Source of the DNA: Dimorphilus gyrociliatus
Lineage: Eukaryota; Animalia; Annelida
NCBI GenBank assembly: GCA_904063045.1
Contig: CAJFCJ010000026.1
Coordinates: forward strand, 226,964 to 290,963
Direction: 5' to 3'
Length of the DNA: 64,000 bases
Shown here: one piece after another, positions 39,545 to 54,500 of the stretch
How the letters are laid out: every line of letters starts with the position of its first letter
How positions within the stretch are numbered: position 1 is the stretch's first letter
Translations under genes and position numbers: made by a program
Notes under the pieces: generated by a model
Database searches by the model: none
Seen by the model: only the letters and a program-made list of their open reading frames with translations
What the model was told of the DNA's origin: nothing

Positions 39545-41032
39545 TCAGGAATGAGAAAAAAGTAAGAAGTTGCCGAACTTGGACGGACTCGACATTACAG
39601 CAGGCTCGTTCTTATGATTTTCTAACTGTGAGAAAAATATAACAATTACATATAAAGACCTTGTGAAAGATTAATCGAAAAACCTTGTTGTCAAAAACAT
39701 CATCTGCAGCTGATAACACAGCAGCATCTAACAATTGGTCATTGTCCAATTCGTTGAGGAGATCGTCGTTGGCTTTCGAGTCTAAGGCTGTATTACCCAA
39801 AATTCTTAAATCATCCTGAGTTAGTTGGGGTGGTTGATCCGGTACAGTTTTGATGATAGTAATGGTTGGTGCTTGCTTAATTACATTATTATTATTCACT
39901 GGTAACGAAACAGTTTGACGAATTGTCAGTTCGCCGTTGATTTGAGAACGAGGGGACGAAGGACAACCAGCTTTTCCAGCTTCAATTAAATCCAGAATAT
40001 CTATCGGGTGATAAAAAAATTAATTTTTCTTTTCTTATAACTTATTGGTGATATACCTGGGTTGGACATGGATTTTTTAATGGCAGCTGCATCCTTTTTC
40101 CTCCACTTTGCAATTTCATCATCCATTTTATCTGCCTTTTCAGGATTCAATCCCCATAAACAACCTTTCTTATTTGCTCCTGAAGAACTGCTAGTAACTT
40201 TAGGATTATCGAGTTTCTCAAAACATTTGTTCAAGGATAAATTATGTCTAACAGAATTCTGAAAAAAAACAACAAGTTATTAAAGAAATCAATAATAGGA
40301 CAACAATTAACCTTCCAGCCATCGGGAGCAGTTTTGAAGTAAGGAAAATTTTCACTGGAAAAATATTTAAAATTAAGATAAAGTTGGTGAATGATATTAT
40401 AAAACTTACATCATAAAGTTATATATTTCAGATACGGGCAGTGTTCCAGTATCACTGTTCTTTAGGGCCAATGCTATTAAACAACTGTAAGAATATAGAG
40501 GTTTAGGATATTTGTTCGGCTTTTGAGCAATATTAATGCTAGTATTTGTGATAGATGGAGACGGAGTAGGATTTCTTGGTTTCGTCGGCATAATATCATT
40601 CAAGGACTTGGATGATGGTGAATTTCGAACGGACGGTCGAATATAGTTAACAGGCTGAAGACGCTGTGGTGAATTATTGTTAGTAGTACGAATAGGTTGA
40701 GAGTGCGTTGTCGTAGGAGATACTGTTGATGTTGAAGTTGATATAGATGTGGAAGATGCAATGGTGACTGGATTAAGGCGAGGTGATTTTGAAGGAGATT
40801 GAGCAATTGGCATTCCGGTTTGAGGGTTAACCAGAAGATTCGGATCCGAATTCTCGAGTACAGTCTCTCCTAAATCATTTAACCAGTTCGATTGCGGGAA
40901 TTCTGTCGATGAGTCCCAAATATCGCTCGAAAATTGGCCATCGCAAAACGCTCCCGCTTGAATATCATCTTCAATCATGTCCTGTAGAGAAACAACCCTA
41001 CTACCTTCAGCACCAGGAACAAAGTACTCCAT
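39545..41032 (-). CDS. FoxN1/4: FoxN1/4 forkhead transcription factor (5 traced exons; a further upstream exon near 41100-41240 is possible)
   Basis: The spliced forkhead domain [61 protein letters not shown]...[27 protein letters not shown] matches the FoxN1/4 class. The last exon is LENHK...FSHS* with TGA at 39547-39545. The true start codon is uncertain. Confidence 0.9.
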
Positions 41033-44000
41033 TCTATTGACTGAATTATATTGTGCATCCGATCAGTTCATATTACGAAACCAATACGAACACATAGTAA
41101 AATATAGTTGGTAGTACTAGGCGTAGTAAAACAGTTGCAGGCCTTCTGACACAAAGCTTTCGCAAACGTTTGAATCGTCTCACGTTCATTGGACGATTTA
41201 AGAACTATACTGTCGATGATTGGTTGGGTCGCCATTTTTAAATAAAAATGGCCGAATACAGGTACATCGTTAGAACTGTATATCATATAAATGAGAAAAT
41301 CTTAAAATTCAACGAAGACGATATAAAATAAAATAATCATTATTTGATTCATTGATTGGGATATTTATCTTTTTTTTCGATCATTTCCCGCGAAAATAAA
41401 ATGTTTTGCCGCCATATTGAATTAATTATGCTAAGAAGTGTTTATGATTCGAACAAGGCATCTCTTAGGGGTGTCGACTTTAATTATTTTATTTTTTTGT
41501 ATCTATGTTATTCATATTCGACATTATTCATAAAATTATTGCATTGATAGTAAGCATGGGCTAGGCTCAATAAAAACAGGGTTCCTAATACTTAAATAAG
41601 AATTTTAAATTTACTTTTATAACGGCTAAGTTTTATTAGAAGATACGATTAAATTGACTTGAAAACTAAGTTAAATTTAATAATTTTGATTTTAACATTT
41701 TCAATGATAAATCTTTTCAAACGCACTTTTAGAAATTTTATTGAATACGGAAGATATTTAAATTAAATTCTTATGTTTCAATAACAGTGAAAATAACCCG
41801 TCAGATGGCACCTCTTCTGCTATTATGTGGACACAATATATGTTTAACTTTCACTAAATAACTTTAAGATTGTCTCCATAATCTAAAAATTTGGAAAATT
41901 TGTAGTAATACAATGCAAAAAGTCGAAAGATTTTATATCAAAAGTTCGATTACTTTAGAAAAATTATTTTCTTTTATAAATTATTTACGAATTCTGTTTT
42001 AACGAAAGACAATAAAAAAATATTGAAAGTTAACTTTTACGAAGTTTTCGGTTTGCTACAATTTACTCACGTCTACCAAAGTTTTTTTGTAAAGGAGAAA
42101 AGAAATCAATGCATAAACTATGCTTCAATAATTGATGTCATATTAGCTCTCAGAGTTGTTGCGGTTTACATTTAAGAAAAAGAAGTAATACTTTGTAGAT
42201 ACTTAGAATTACTCTTCTGTTTTTTTTTAGTCTTTCGATTATGGGTTTTAGCTTTGGACGAACATGGGAAGTATTTATTATAGTTACTAATAGTTAAAAA
42301 AACCGCCACTTGATGGCGTCAACATAGTATTCAATTCAAACTTCATATGCGACGTTCTTATATTCTTTCATGTGGTGCCATCTTTCGGGGCATTAAATAG
42401 ACTAATCAGCCTATTTAAAGTTTTCGTTAATATAGATTATTTTACACGGAATGTTAGCATATTTGAGATATAGACAAAAATCCTTATTGTACTCTATTTT
42501 TCTAGGATAGTAAGAAAAATTATTAATCATTTTTTTATGTTCAATTAGTTATTTAATTAATGCATCAAAATTACTTGAAAAAGTAAAATAGTTGTGTTCA
42601 TATTATTATCAACAAAGGACGACATTTATTACATTAAAGATTCAATTCATATTAATATAAAACTGCACAATGTACGGTGTCTCCCTCTGTTTTTTAAGCA
42701 CTTTAAATGTTTTCATTGTCCAGTTTAACGCATTCTTTAAGGTTCATTCTTGGTTGGAAATTTTTTTTTGGTACCTTTGAAATTCTTTATTTCATTACTT
42801 GAAAAATAAAAAAGAAATCCGTGACATTTAAATTGACATGTTCTCGTCAAAGAAAGAGCGGACAGAGAAGATGAAAGTTGTTCATTTCTTTTCTTTTTCA
42901 CTGGCTTTGACAGAATATTTTAGTAGAACATCTCGTTACTTTTTATATATACATTTAGGAGTATAAATTGATAAATACTTTATAATAATATTGGCTCCTA
43001 AAAAAGAAAAAAGTTAGATCCTATTTCGTACAGAGTATTAGATGACATTTGATTAGGTGAAATTTATTATAAAAAGTTCATTTGGTTGAGCTTTTATCTT
43101 GATATGTAAACAACACTAGAATTTAGTTCTTGCTAGAATTTGTATTATTGACGCTTTAAACAGTTTCAGCAGTCTTAAGAAAGAGACACAGTACGAGAAA
43201 AGAGCGGGAGAAAAGTAGCAGGTGCTGTTGCATTAAACTTGCGCACTGCGCTTAATTGGTGCTGGCACAAGACACGGCCACCTTTCACTGCGCCTTAATT
43301 ATGCATCGACTGCATTAAGCGCTAAGCGGCGCCATCTATGAAGGAAGACTGTAAAATAAAGAAAAGAAGGAGAAAAAAATGCCTTCGTGGACTCGATACG
43401 GCGCCGATGGCGTATAATTAAAGCGGCGTCTAATAAGCGGGAATATGGGTAAAATTGTAGAAAATTTCGCTTTTGGGCCTAGAGCGAAAAGAGACGCCGT
43501 AGCGCTAATGACGCTGGCGTCCGGCACCAGGCGCGCAACATCCATCACCATTATAAGACTGGCGAGAGAGTGAGTGAGTAAACATTGACAGAAATGACAA
43601 GGGCACTAGCATGTTCTCTTCTACAGGTTAGGCGTCATCATGCCAGCCATAGTCATGCAAACATCCAATTTAGGGCTATATGATATCGTTATGCTTGCTT
43701 AACTTCAACGTCAATATATTTTAGTAAAGGTTCAGCATAGATACAGTATACAGTGCACGGTTTGTAAAATCATATAATCTGCATACTATATCTAACTGTA
43801 AGAAAGGAAAAATCACCAAGTCAACAAGCTCCAGTAGACAGGACAATAGTGAGCAAATCACGGCTCAGCGTTATCGACGTGTCAATCAATTTTTTTCGTC
43901 TTTTTATTTTTCTTTTAACATTTTATAGATCTCATGTGAGATTTTCTGCTTGAAATATATTCATTTTCTATTTAAAACATCGAACAGTAATTGCCTCACG

Positions 44001-44797
44001 GGTCTCTAGCGTGTTGAATATATGACAAACTACTTGGTAAACAGACGACTGACAGTTGAACGGCATGTCGGAAGGTGCAAATAAATACGACCGCAATATT
44101 GACCGTCGGTTTTCGTACACAAGCACTACCCCGTTCTGTAGAAGCCGGAAATTAAGGGTTTTCTTTGCATTGTAGGTTGGTGGGGAGTGAGGAAAGCAAC
44201 GTGTATAGTATATATTCTGTATCTTGTATATTATATGATCAAGACATATATGGTATATGACGATGGTATGTGCCTTTGTGGCTTACTGGCGCCATCACCA
44301 TTACAGCGATTGATATATAGAGATAAGCTAGCACGCTATCGACCGGAAAAGCCGTAATGCGGTGCATAGACGTATAGTGTGTGGAATATTGGGCGCTCTA
44401 CGGGACCACCCAAGCGCATAAAGTAGCGGTCATAGTTGATTGTCTTGCAGGGTTTAATGCACATCGTCCACCATATATCACGCTTTTTGACTATCTAGTC
44501 ATTCTAGTGGCAGAAAAAGTCGCCTCCACGAATAGAATCAATGTCAATGAGCAATAATCGGTATCTCAGCTTGCCGTCTTTAATGTTCAACAATGCGTGC
44601 TTATTTGCAGCAGTAGACGCCAGTGGCACTGACGCCGAAATCACCCCCGCCAAGTTATTGGTCATTACACTGGCACCGTGCAGTTGCAGTGCAAATAGCG
44701 TAAAATCAGCTCGCTGCTAATCAGTTAGAGCATGTACTCGCTACTCTGTAATGTAGTCGTATTAATGCGATTCGAATACGGTACAACGCTTTTCTAC

Positions 44798-44811
44798 TGA
44801 TGACGTCATCA
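44798..44811. promoter_or_regulatory. Perfect 14-bp palindrome TGATGACGTCATCA (extended CRE/ATF site) between FoxN1/4 and Tbx2/3-A
   Basis: Read directly from the sequence. Function is inferred. Confidence 0.35.
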
Positions 44812-46135
44812 AAGGAGGACTACATATTCTAAATTAGAAAAAGAAGGAAAGAAGAGAAAAAAAGAAGTTTGCATAATTCCACCTATTTTATACTCTTTGA
44901 TCAGGGCGTTCGATAGAGCACGCAGAAATCAGATCGGCTTAATTATTTTTTGCGCTCAAAACAATCGCGTTTCTTTGGTGTTCTATCGAGTGCGCGCTCG
45001 TGCAGATGGTGCATGCCGCCGCATCTCATATCCTCCTTATACCATATCATATCTGCAGTGTAGATTTATGCAATGAAAACTATTCTTTTATTCATATTCG
45101 ATTCTTGTATATATAGTTATTTCAATTTATATGATAAAGATATAATGTATATTATATGTATCTCAATATGAAGACGAAACAACAAGCATTTGCCAAACTT
45201 GCCGGACGCGTCTGTCAAGCGCCAACTGCTACCAATCCATCAGAATGAGTTTTTGGTAGGAAACGAAAACATGCAGAATGCCTGTTAAAATGTTCTTAAT
45301 CATAATCGTTTCTCCTACAATAATTAAATTATTTGGGCCTTCCAAAGTCAAATGATTTTGGAAACGTTTTCAAATCCGACCTTAACCAATCCTATTAACT
45401 GAGATTTAAATCATAAAATAATTCATTGTAGCATTCCAAAATTGTTAATGTAACAATTTTTTTTATCATACCTATGATATCGCTATATATTTACAAGTTA
45501 ATGGAATATGTTTATTTTTACGGGAATTATTCAACTCTTCTTGAAACGATACACCTTCTTTTCTCATGTATTGTGTGAGATTTCAGACCTGCATAGCAAA
45601 CAGGAAGTTTAGTTTATAATTGCTTCCTAGCCGGAAGTTTCTAGAAAAAAAGGACATGCGTATTGATCAAAAGTTCCATTGTTCAAAGAAGGGGCTTTAT
45701 TAATGGGCTCGTTCGCGAGTGTGATGCATGCGTATATGGAGTTTTCCTTTATGCATTTTTTGCGTTAAAACGTTCGTGAGAGGCTGAAAAAAGGAGAGTA
45801 GAAAGGAGAGACGGTCTCAGAATTTTGATTGAGCTAATATCGGCTGAAGACACGGTCGAAGAGCTATATACGTTTTCATATTTACGACGGCATCATCTGG
45901 GGAGAAGGCGTCCGAAGCTGTAACGCTGAGATAGCTGCGTGTCAATCTCTTCTCCTATCGTCTCTTCTCCCTTGCCGATATTAAACGTCTGCGCTATATA
46001 CGCTTCATTCTGACAATTTTTTCTTTTTTACGCAATCACCGATAATCGGTCGAACGAGAAAATAAGGCGAATTAGTCGCGGTCAATACTAACTATTCACT
46101 TCAAAGCAACGTCAAATGTGAGTGACTGGTGCGTG

Positions 46136-46150
46136 CGACAGTTCGGCGCC
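46136..46150 (-). promoter_or_regulatory. Candidate BMP/Smad activating element GGCGCC-N5-GTCG
   Basis: The minus strand reads GGCGCC GAACT GTCG, matching the Drosophila Mad/Medea activating element consensus GGCGYC-N5-GTCV. Confidence 0.45.
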
Positions 46151-46913
46151 AACGATTTCGCCATTTCACTTCTTTTTTCGACTACTAACAAATAAAACTT
46201 CTATAATACTTTATAGTTTTTTCGTAGATATACGGAGCAGTTGAATTATTAGAATCCGTAAATAAGAACTTTTATGACATATTTGTTCATATTCTATCTA
46301 AATATAGAATGTCATATTTTACGCATTCGATTTTTTAATACTAAATAAAGATAGATACATGCACGCACGCGCCTAGACACGCGCACGCTATTTTATTGTT
46401 CGTCGTCTTCGACATTGACCTAATTTTGGCGAGTGACGCTCGTTCGAATTAGAATCATTAAAGACGTGCATAGCCGATTATATTGGCTATAAATTGCAGT
46501 ATATAAGGTTACATCGTGGAGCATGCAGTGCAGAAATTAGCAATATAGGTGAAATATAAAATACTGAAAGTGTATATCGCTGACCAAACGCTGATCATAA
46601 GCGCCGCCCAGTTTCTGTTTGCTACATACACCTGCACGGAATGTAGGCCGTCATAAACATCACTTAGTTCTATCTGCCTCAAAGCGATAGTTTAGCGCTA
46701 CCTCAGGTGGCGCTGTGCACACCAAACTTGTTCTGAGCGCCTTGCAACGCGGCGCCTTGCAACTCGCTCACTTGGCACGTTGATTGGATGACTGCCTACA
46801 ACTTGCCGGCCCAATCAGCACTGGCAACACTTTGCCTGACAAACCAAACAACTTGACTCTACAGCAGCGTTTCTTTCCTCTTCTGTTCTACATATTTCTT
46901 GTAGAAGCAAAAA

Positions 46914-49900
46914 ATGATATTACCGTCATCTACTTCTACAGCATCTCCACCTCCCTCTACTACCCAGGCTCTACCCCAACCTTCAAGTCGTTTACCGATA
47001 TACGCAGCTCCCTTTATGCTTCGGTCTAATTCTGACTATAGCATGAGTAGTCTACTTGCACCTTCGGTTTTTCCTACCGCCAACTATGCCAATCTACCCC
47101 CTGGATTAACATCACTACCAATTCCAGCAAGAACCTCCGCCGACCTCCTGTCCGCCCAACATTCTTTCCATCTTGCTCGTTCTTTAAATCCTCCTCCGCC
47201 ACCCCCACCTTCTCACTTACAAGCTCCTCGAGGTGTTGTAGAACCAGAACAGGAAGTACATGATGATCCAAAAGTTGACCTGGATTCTAAAGAATTATGG
47301 GAGCAGTTTCATCAGTTCGGCACAGAAATGGTTATAACAAAGTCCGGCAGGTATGTAAATGTCAAAAATTCTTCACTTTTATAAGCATATCTCTGTATAC
47401 AATCGCAATGATAAAAGTATAATAAATCCATTAGAGAATTTTCCTTCACCTGACCCATTTCGTTGTTGCGAAATATTATCGCCAGATGGTAATTTAATGT
47501 GTATAGGCACCTACACAGATTATAGAGAGCCGATTAGCTTTCTTGAATAAAGTGCGTCACCTTTGCAGAATATAGGCGTGTATATTTTAATCGTGCGTGA
47601 AAAATTGCGGTATAAATATACAAATTATTAATGTCCCATACACATGTACATACTCACATATGCGTAAAAAATGTTACTAAAAAGAATATATATATATATA
47701 TATATATATATATTCGCCTCCATGCATAAGTGGATCTTCTGTAAATATTTACGTGTGGAAAATATATGCAATAATACACTCTCGATCATATCGACTGAGC
47801 CGCTTTTGGCGCCAACTCTGATGGCCAGACGGCACAGTAACAATAGCTTTGAGGTCAGAGCATTGTTGAGAGCACGTAGCAATAGAAAGCGATAATTGAT
47901 TCTGCGTTCGAAAATGGCTAAGCGCTTGTATAAGTCTCTACTATTCTGCTTCATTCTACTCTTCCTCAGTAGTCTTTGCATGTTTTTTTTTCTTGTACTT
48001 TTCTTATGTTTAAGTATAAAATTATTTTTTTATCCTACTGTTTAGAAAGTTCAAAATAAAACGTGCTTATTCCTGTCTCAAAATATATATGCAATGTAAT
48101 TCACATGAAAAACATAATGGAGTAATTTCATTACGTAATTCATACGCGCCGCTTTCAGTTAGAAGACTTCTCCACCGACAGCTTAATAATGCATGCGTGC
48201 ATGCATTTGACTAAGTCTATTCACTTATTTGTATTGTTCTTTTTGTGGCTATTAAGATCACATTATCTTCTCTATATTTCTATGTGTTTATTAAGAAAGA
48301 AAAACGAATCGACGGCTGACCCGTTGGTTTTTTCGACTCTCCCTTAAATATGATGTCCAGGTGCGGCCAGGTGCCGAAGCACTGTCATTAACCGACACGC
48401 AACATCATTTTTGATATTTGATCTCGTATTTAATTTCTCATGCACTTCAAGTGGCTCTTTTTAGCGCCACAAGGTGAAGTTCGTAAGTTTTTAAGGCTTA
48501 TTGACAAAAAAAAAATATAAATTAAAAACCAATTTTTGATGTCTTATTCGTGTATGAAAAAAGTGTATCTGAACATGAAACATATATAAATAAACATAGT
48601 AGACTCACTGAGCGGACTTCATACGCGCGTAGGCGACACGTATAATTCCCACTCCTTTTATCAATTACACCTTTCCTTACTATTGCATTTAGTATGATTA
48701 ATTGCGAGAAATTGAAATAAATATTCGTATATATTTCAGGAGAATGTTTCCGCCGTTTAAAGTCAAAGTATCTGGTTTGGATAAACGAGCAAAGTACATA
48801 CTCCTAATGGATATTGTGGCAGTGGATGATTGCAGATATAAATTTCACAATTCGAAATGGATGGTAGCTGGAAAAGCAGATCCTGAAATGCCAAAAAGAA
48901 TGTATATTCATCCAGATTCACCAGCAACAGGAGAACAATGGATGCAAAAACTTGTATCTTTTCACAAACTTAAACTAACGAATAACATATCGGACAAACA
49001 TGGATTTATAAGTGTAAGTTATAGATATGTAGGAAGATTTTTAAACCTTCATTAAATGAGTTTTGTAAATGCGATGTTGTGCATTCATCTTGATCATATG
49101 GGAAAGTGCATGTGTACATCCTTAGGGCTATTTGCTTTTAAGCCGAGATCCAATGTCGCATTTACGGTTGATAATAATTAGGAAAATTCGTTGTTTACTA
49201 TTATTAGGTCATACGCCTTTTAAGTTATCCTTAGCGCATTATTAAGCAATATTTAGCCATGTCTTGAGTTTACTATGAATTTTTTACGTTATTATTACGA
49301 GAAAAGATTTTTAGAAACATACAAGAGATAAAATATTAATCAACGACTGACACTCATTTACCGTATATCCGTTAAAAGTCAACCGGTAGTTTTTAACATT
49401 TAGGTTAGCACGTTCATTTTATAAGACAAGTATTGACTTGGTTCCTCATTAAAAGCCCAAATTAAAATGGAAAGTCGAGTGACGTTTTGCTGTAAAAAAA
49501 TAATAAAAATGGAAAAACTGTTGAAAGTAAAGATAATTTAAATAAAGGATCATTAACAGACAAGAGCGCTAATCTTCTCAAATACTAATCGTAAACGTCC
49601 GCACGTCCCTGCTTAATGTTTAATCTGACATTTAAACGAATTACATGTACACGTAAAAGTGTGTTCCCACGAAAAAAAATTGCTTCGGGCGTAAAGTATT
49701 GTTTACCGACATTATAATGGTGGTGAGTGTATATGCCTTTGTGTATGCGCTTTTTGAAGATATCAAAGGAATGTATATATGTGGTCCCTATACATATACC
49801 TATATATTTATTATGTATTGTATACTCAGATAAAGCATAAAGAAAACATATATTTGTAAGAATAAACATAAATTAACATATCCCCGCATTGCACATCTTA

Positions 49901-51556
49901 TTATAAAATTTTCATCACTAAAGTCATCTTTTGGCTACTTAAAGTAAAAACTAAGAAAAACCACGTAATATTTTCATCTCAATATATAAAGGTATTCAGA
50001 CAAGAGTACATTTGCTATCTATACTTTTCAATTTTCATTTCTACAATGCTTTCAGATTTTTAATGGTTATGTATTATTTACAAGTTGTTTTATTTTTAAA
50101 CCGAAACAGGTCATTTTGAATTCGATGCACAAATATCAACCCAGATTCCACCTGGCAAGGGCAAACGACATCCTCAAATTACCCTACTTACCATATTCGG
50201 AATTTCGTTCGTTCGTTTTTAAGGAAACTGAATTTATTGCTGTTACTGCATATCAAAATGAAAAAGTTAGTATCTTGTATAAAATATATAGACAGTTCTA
50301 TTTGACATAAGCATGTGATGCGCAGATGGCGTTACGGAACGCTATGAAACAAAGGAGATAATTAGTGTGCAGGTGTACAATTTGTTTCAGTTTCGTCTGT
50401 AGACGGAATTAAATACTTACGTAGATAGTTACCTTGTGGAAAAAAGTAGATTGAAAGAAATTTTACCTTCGTTTATTTTGTGTATCGGCGAAGGTGATGG
50501 ATGTAAGGGCTTAAGATTTCTGAAGGAGATACGTCAAAAAGCTTTCAAACAAAACCATTGTCCGTTAAAGTTTTCGCTGTTTCTTATACAGATTACTCAA
50601 CTAAAAATAGATCACAATCCTTTCGCGAAAGGTTTTAGAGACACTGGTAGTGGTAGGCGTGAGAAAAAGTAAGTTATAGTTAATGATAATTTTGGGAATT
50701 TTTTTAAAATTGACTTTAAAAATTAAGGCGATTAATGATGCAACAAACGTCAACATCAACCAATAGTGCAACAACTCCAGTAACGTCAAGTACCGTTGTA
50801 CCAACAACTGAGGCAAGCGACGAAGATGAAGAGGATCAAGAATGTTCAGAAATTTCAGTTGTTGACGAGAAGCCACAAGAGAGCTGCTCTTCAACGGTTA
50901 AAGATGAAGACAGGAACAATAACAACAATCAGGGCGACTCTTCTGATGAGTCATGTGAGAATGGAGTGGACGATAGCGGAGTGGTGAAATCATCCCCCCA
51001 ATCAACAACTCCTCCCTCTCATCAACAAAACCCGTCTAACAATCTACATCAACATACTCAACAACAACCTACGAGTATGTTACCGTATTTGTATGGACCA
51101 GCCGCAGCAGCAGCTTTGGGATTATACTCTTCAACAAGCGCTCTAAGTCATCTATCTAATATCATGTTCAATGCCCATCATGCACACTTGATGGCGGCAG
51201 ACATGCCTCATCTCTTTAATTCCTCCCTCATCCCCCCTCATCCACTTTGGGCGCAGTGTAACACAGTCGACGTAAATTCTATTCTCGGAGCATCTTCAAC
51301 TACCTCAACTTCTTCCTCTCCTTTTCATCGGTCCACAAGATTTTCGCCTTATCCTCTCTTAAATTTAAGAAATTCAACAGTAAACCGATCAATGTCTCCT
51401 GAACGCGCTCCCTCCAACGGCTCTATAGAATCGGTTGCAAACGAACCAATTTCGTTAACATCCAAAAATCCAACAAGCGAGTTGAAGAGTATTGAGAAAA
51501 TGGTTAACGGTTTACATGATCAGTCAAAAGCGTCAAATCGTGACAGTTCCGTATAA
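46914..51556 (+). CDS. Tbx2/3: Tbx2/3 (omb) T-box factor, paralog A; exons 46914-47350, 48740-49013, 50110-50265, 50592-50668, 50728-51556 (590 aa)
   Basis: The T-box reads [91 protein letters not shown]...[22 protein letters not shown] and C-terminal [13 protein letters not shown] motifs are present. Exon lengths sum to 1773 nt. Confidence 0.95.
47686..47712. repeat. (TA)n microsatellite in Tbx2/3-A intron 1
   Basis: Directly visible. Confidence 0.85.
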
Positions 51557-54500
51557 TAGTCCTTACTTTATACTACTAAGATAAAATTTAAATTAGGTGC
51601 TGGCACGTTCATGCAGTTGAGATGTATATGATATGTATATTTACAATATGCTTTATAATTGTATATATAAAATATACATGTACAGTATATATCACAGATA
51701 TAAGACAAATTACGGAGTCAGAACAATTTGTGCCAAGATTACATATTAATATAAATGTATCATAAAGAAGGAATAGTCAATTTTTCAGCTTTATTACGGT
51801 ATGCGAATGAAATCAGTTATATTCACACAGTATACAGAAAAACGGTATTTATGATGTGAGCTATGTAAGATAAGTAAAGTGGAACTATTTGGGTCTATCA
51901 CTCTATTTAGTCTTTTTTTATGTTAAAGCGTGTTTCTCTTAAAATGTACACATTGTATGATATTTATAATGACAACATGTTTTGCTTCTAGTGACGATCT
52001 TATTTATATTGTACCAGAGCCATAATCTTACACCGTTTAGCAAGTATACCTATCACATGTGTACACAAATTGTTAGTCACGAGAATGCTATATGTGCTGT
52101 ATTTTTGTTTCCGTTCAAATGGAACTTGCTTATAATTTTTTTGACAATCTATTCGTGCTTATGATAAATAAAATATAAATAAAAAATTCATAAAATATGA
52201 ATAAACATGTTTAAGTACTTTCAATATTTTTCCGCATTTTATGCATTACGATGTTTCTAAAGTCTGTAAAAGATGAGTAACATTTTTTTCTAGCAACCGA
52301 CGCTGAATTAGGTAATGCTGCAAAGTGGTCGTAAAGGCGCCATTACATTGAACAAGGTGTTTTTATTGTATTAACAAGAGACGAATGTCTGAAGAAAAGT
52401 GGTGTTTTGAGGTTTGCGCACAGGATCGATATCGTATTGAGGTATGTGTATTGAGAGTTAGAAGTCAATTCGTTTTGAGTATGTACATTCTGAAGGTGTG
52501 CTCTCAGGCAGCTAGGCGCCAGTCGGGTACTTCATTTGACGTGCTGTTTATACAGGCTATATAGGGGCGACTCTTTTTTTCATTTGTATATATATAGATG
52601 AGAAGATTATGCAACTTCCCACTCATTGAGAAAAGCGACGTTTATCAGTCAGGGAGATCAGAGACGTCTACTTTACGTATTATCAGCATCGTAGAGTTTC
52701 CTTCTATCAAGTTGCTTCAAGTTTCTTCTTGTCTCGCGTGAGGAGGAAATCCGAGTGACGTGGTGTGTGGCGCTTGGTGCCCTGCTGCTAAAATGCCGGT
52801 ATCGCACGGGTGGTGAAAGTGGCCTCCCGCTGGGTCCTAGCGAGCTCCCGATGAACAATCACCCGTTTCTTTCAATTTTTACAGTGTAACTGCGCGTGCG
52901 CTGGTACCTTCTTATCTAATTCTTTGTTGCTCTTTCTTTCTAAGCATTTGTCGACCTTTTATCTTTGAATTTTTCATTTTATTTTAAACCAATTAGTAAA
53001 ACGTCTCGAAATTCCGTTGTCGGTACATATTATTTCTGATTCAACGAGCACTTGACAGTGTTATGCCAACACGTTTTCGCGCCAGCTGCGCAAATTCTAT
53101 ATCGAATAACGGTTGCTTGAAGTTATACTGTTATATACGTAAGAAGTGTTAGCGTTCGATAAAAGAGCGTTGATTTGCTGACAAATGTCATCAAAAGCCG
53201 TTGTGGTAGCAGCATGCTAATGGTGCTCAGCAGCGCGCTCAGTTAGCAAAATGTCAAGTAGTTTTTAATGCATTTTACATACACAAATACACATAAAGAT
53301 CTTTTAAGAGTAAGATTTCCATACTATACATTTTTAATATAGAGATACTTATGGTACACAGTAAAGGGAAAATATTCTTATTTAACTTGAAGCATTTACG
53401 TATGTCGTACATGCAAATAACCTATTTTACTATCTCACTTTTCATTTATGGCTTCAAGCTAGTCACGCTCCTTGGCGTCAGTAAACGTTAATTATACACA
53501 TCCGATAATATTTCATTAAGCAATCTCGAACGAAGAGGTGGGAGGAGCCGTCATGTTTGACAGTTCGTAAAACAGGTGAGATGATCCGCGTGGGCGTTCG
53601 CCTTTGTTTACATACAACAAAGGCAGGAAACATATACTCTTTTATTCTAGAAAATGAGTAGGAAAGTTTTACTTGATGTATATATACTCACCAGAACGTA
53701 CAAACATTGGGCAAACAGAGGACTTTACAATGACAGTGCGGGTGGACGTCGCACTTGGGAACTATCCATTAAGAAAAGTCTGACGATGATGTATTACGTT
53801 ACTACTTTGCGCACGTGTATAAAGCAGCATGTAATTAACTTGCCATAGACTATATACATTTTCTTCGTCACATTAATTTTCCCATCGGCGTTTATTCTGT
53901 GTTTGTTTATGCACAGGGATAGATACAAAGAAAGGGGAGGAGGGAAAGAAAAAAGTATATAAAGAAAAGCGCTTAAGGAAAATCAATGCGAGTGGCGCGT
54001 TGCAGTTTTGCAGTTTTCTCTTGTTCCGTGATCAAAGCGTTAAAGAGTCGAGGCGGATTGAGCGTACCACCTGTATCGGCTCAAAGGATTTCGTGAAAAG
54101 GCGCGGGCGCATGCAACGATTTTTTCACTCGCTATAGTAAGCGAAATAAATACCATGCATCTTTGTAAGGAGATTGTTGCATTTGTTCTGAAGTATCTAA
54201 TGATAATTTATTAGCAAAGTTTTTCATTTAAATTTGATGTACGAAATTTTATTAAAGCTCTGTGAAGAAATTTTCTCCTATTTATCCATTTTAATGAATT
54301 TTTTATGGAATCTATAGTTTTTAATTATTTAGTAAATATAAAATAACACATTTTGTTTTTAGAACACTGTGAATGACGTTGCAAAATTATCAGCAATTAC
54401 AACCATGTATAAAATTGCGCATTAGTATTTGAAATGTTACAGCAAAAACTACCACTAGCCAGCCATTACTCTCAGAATGTAGCGACACAGATAACAAGCT

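Noticed and set aside
13220-40360. Scattered ONECUT-like AATC(G/A)ATA sites suggesting auto- or cross-regulation
   Set aside because: An AT-rich 8-mer is expected many times by chance in 64 kb, and the number seen is not clearly enriched.
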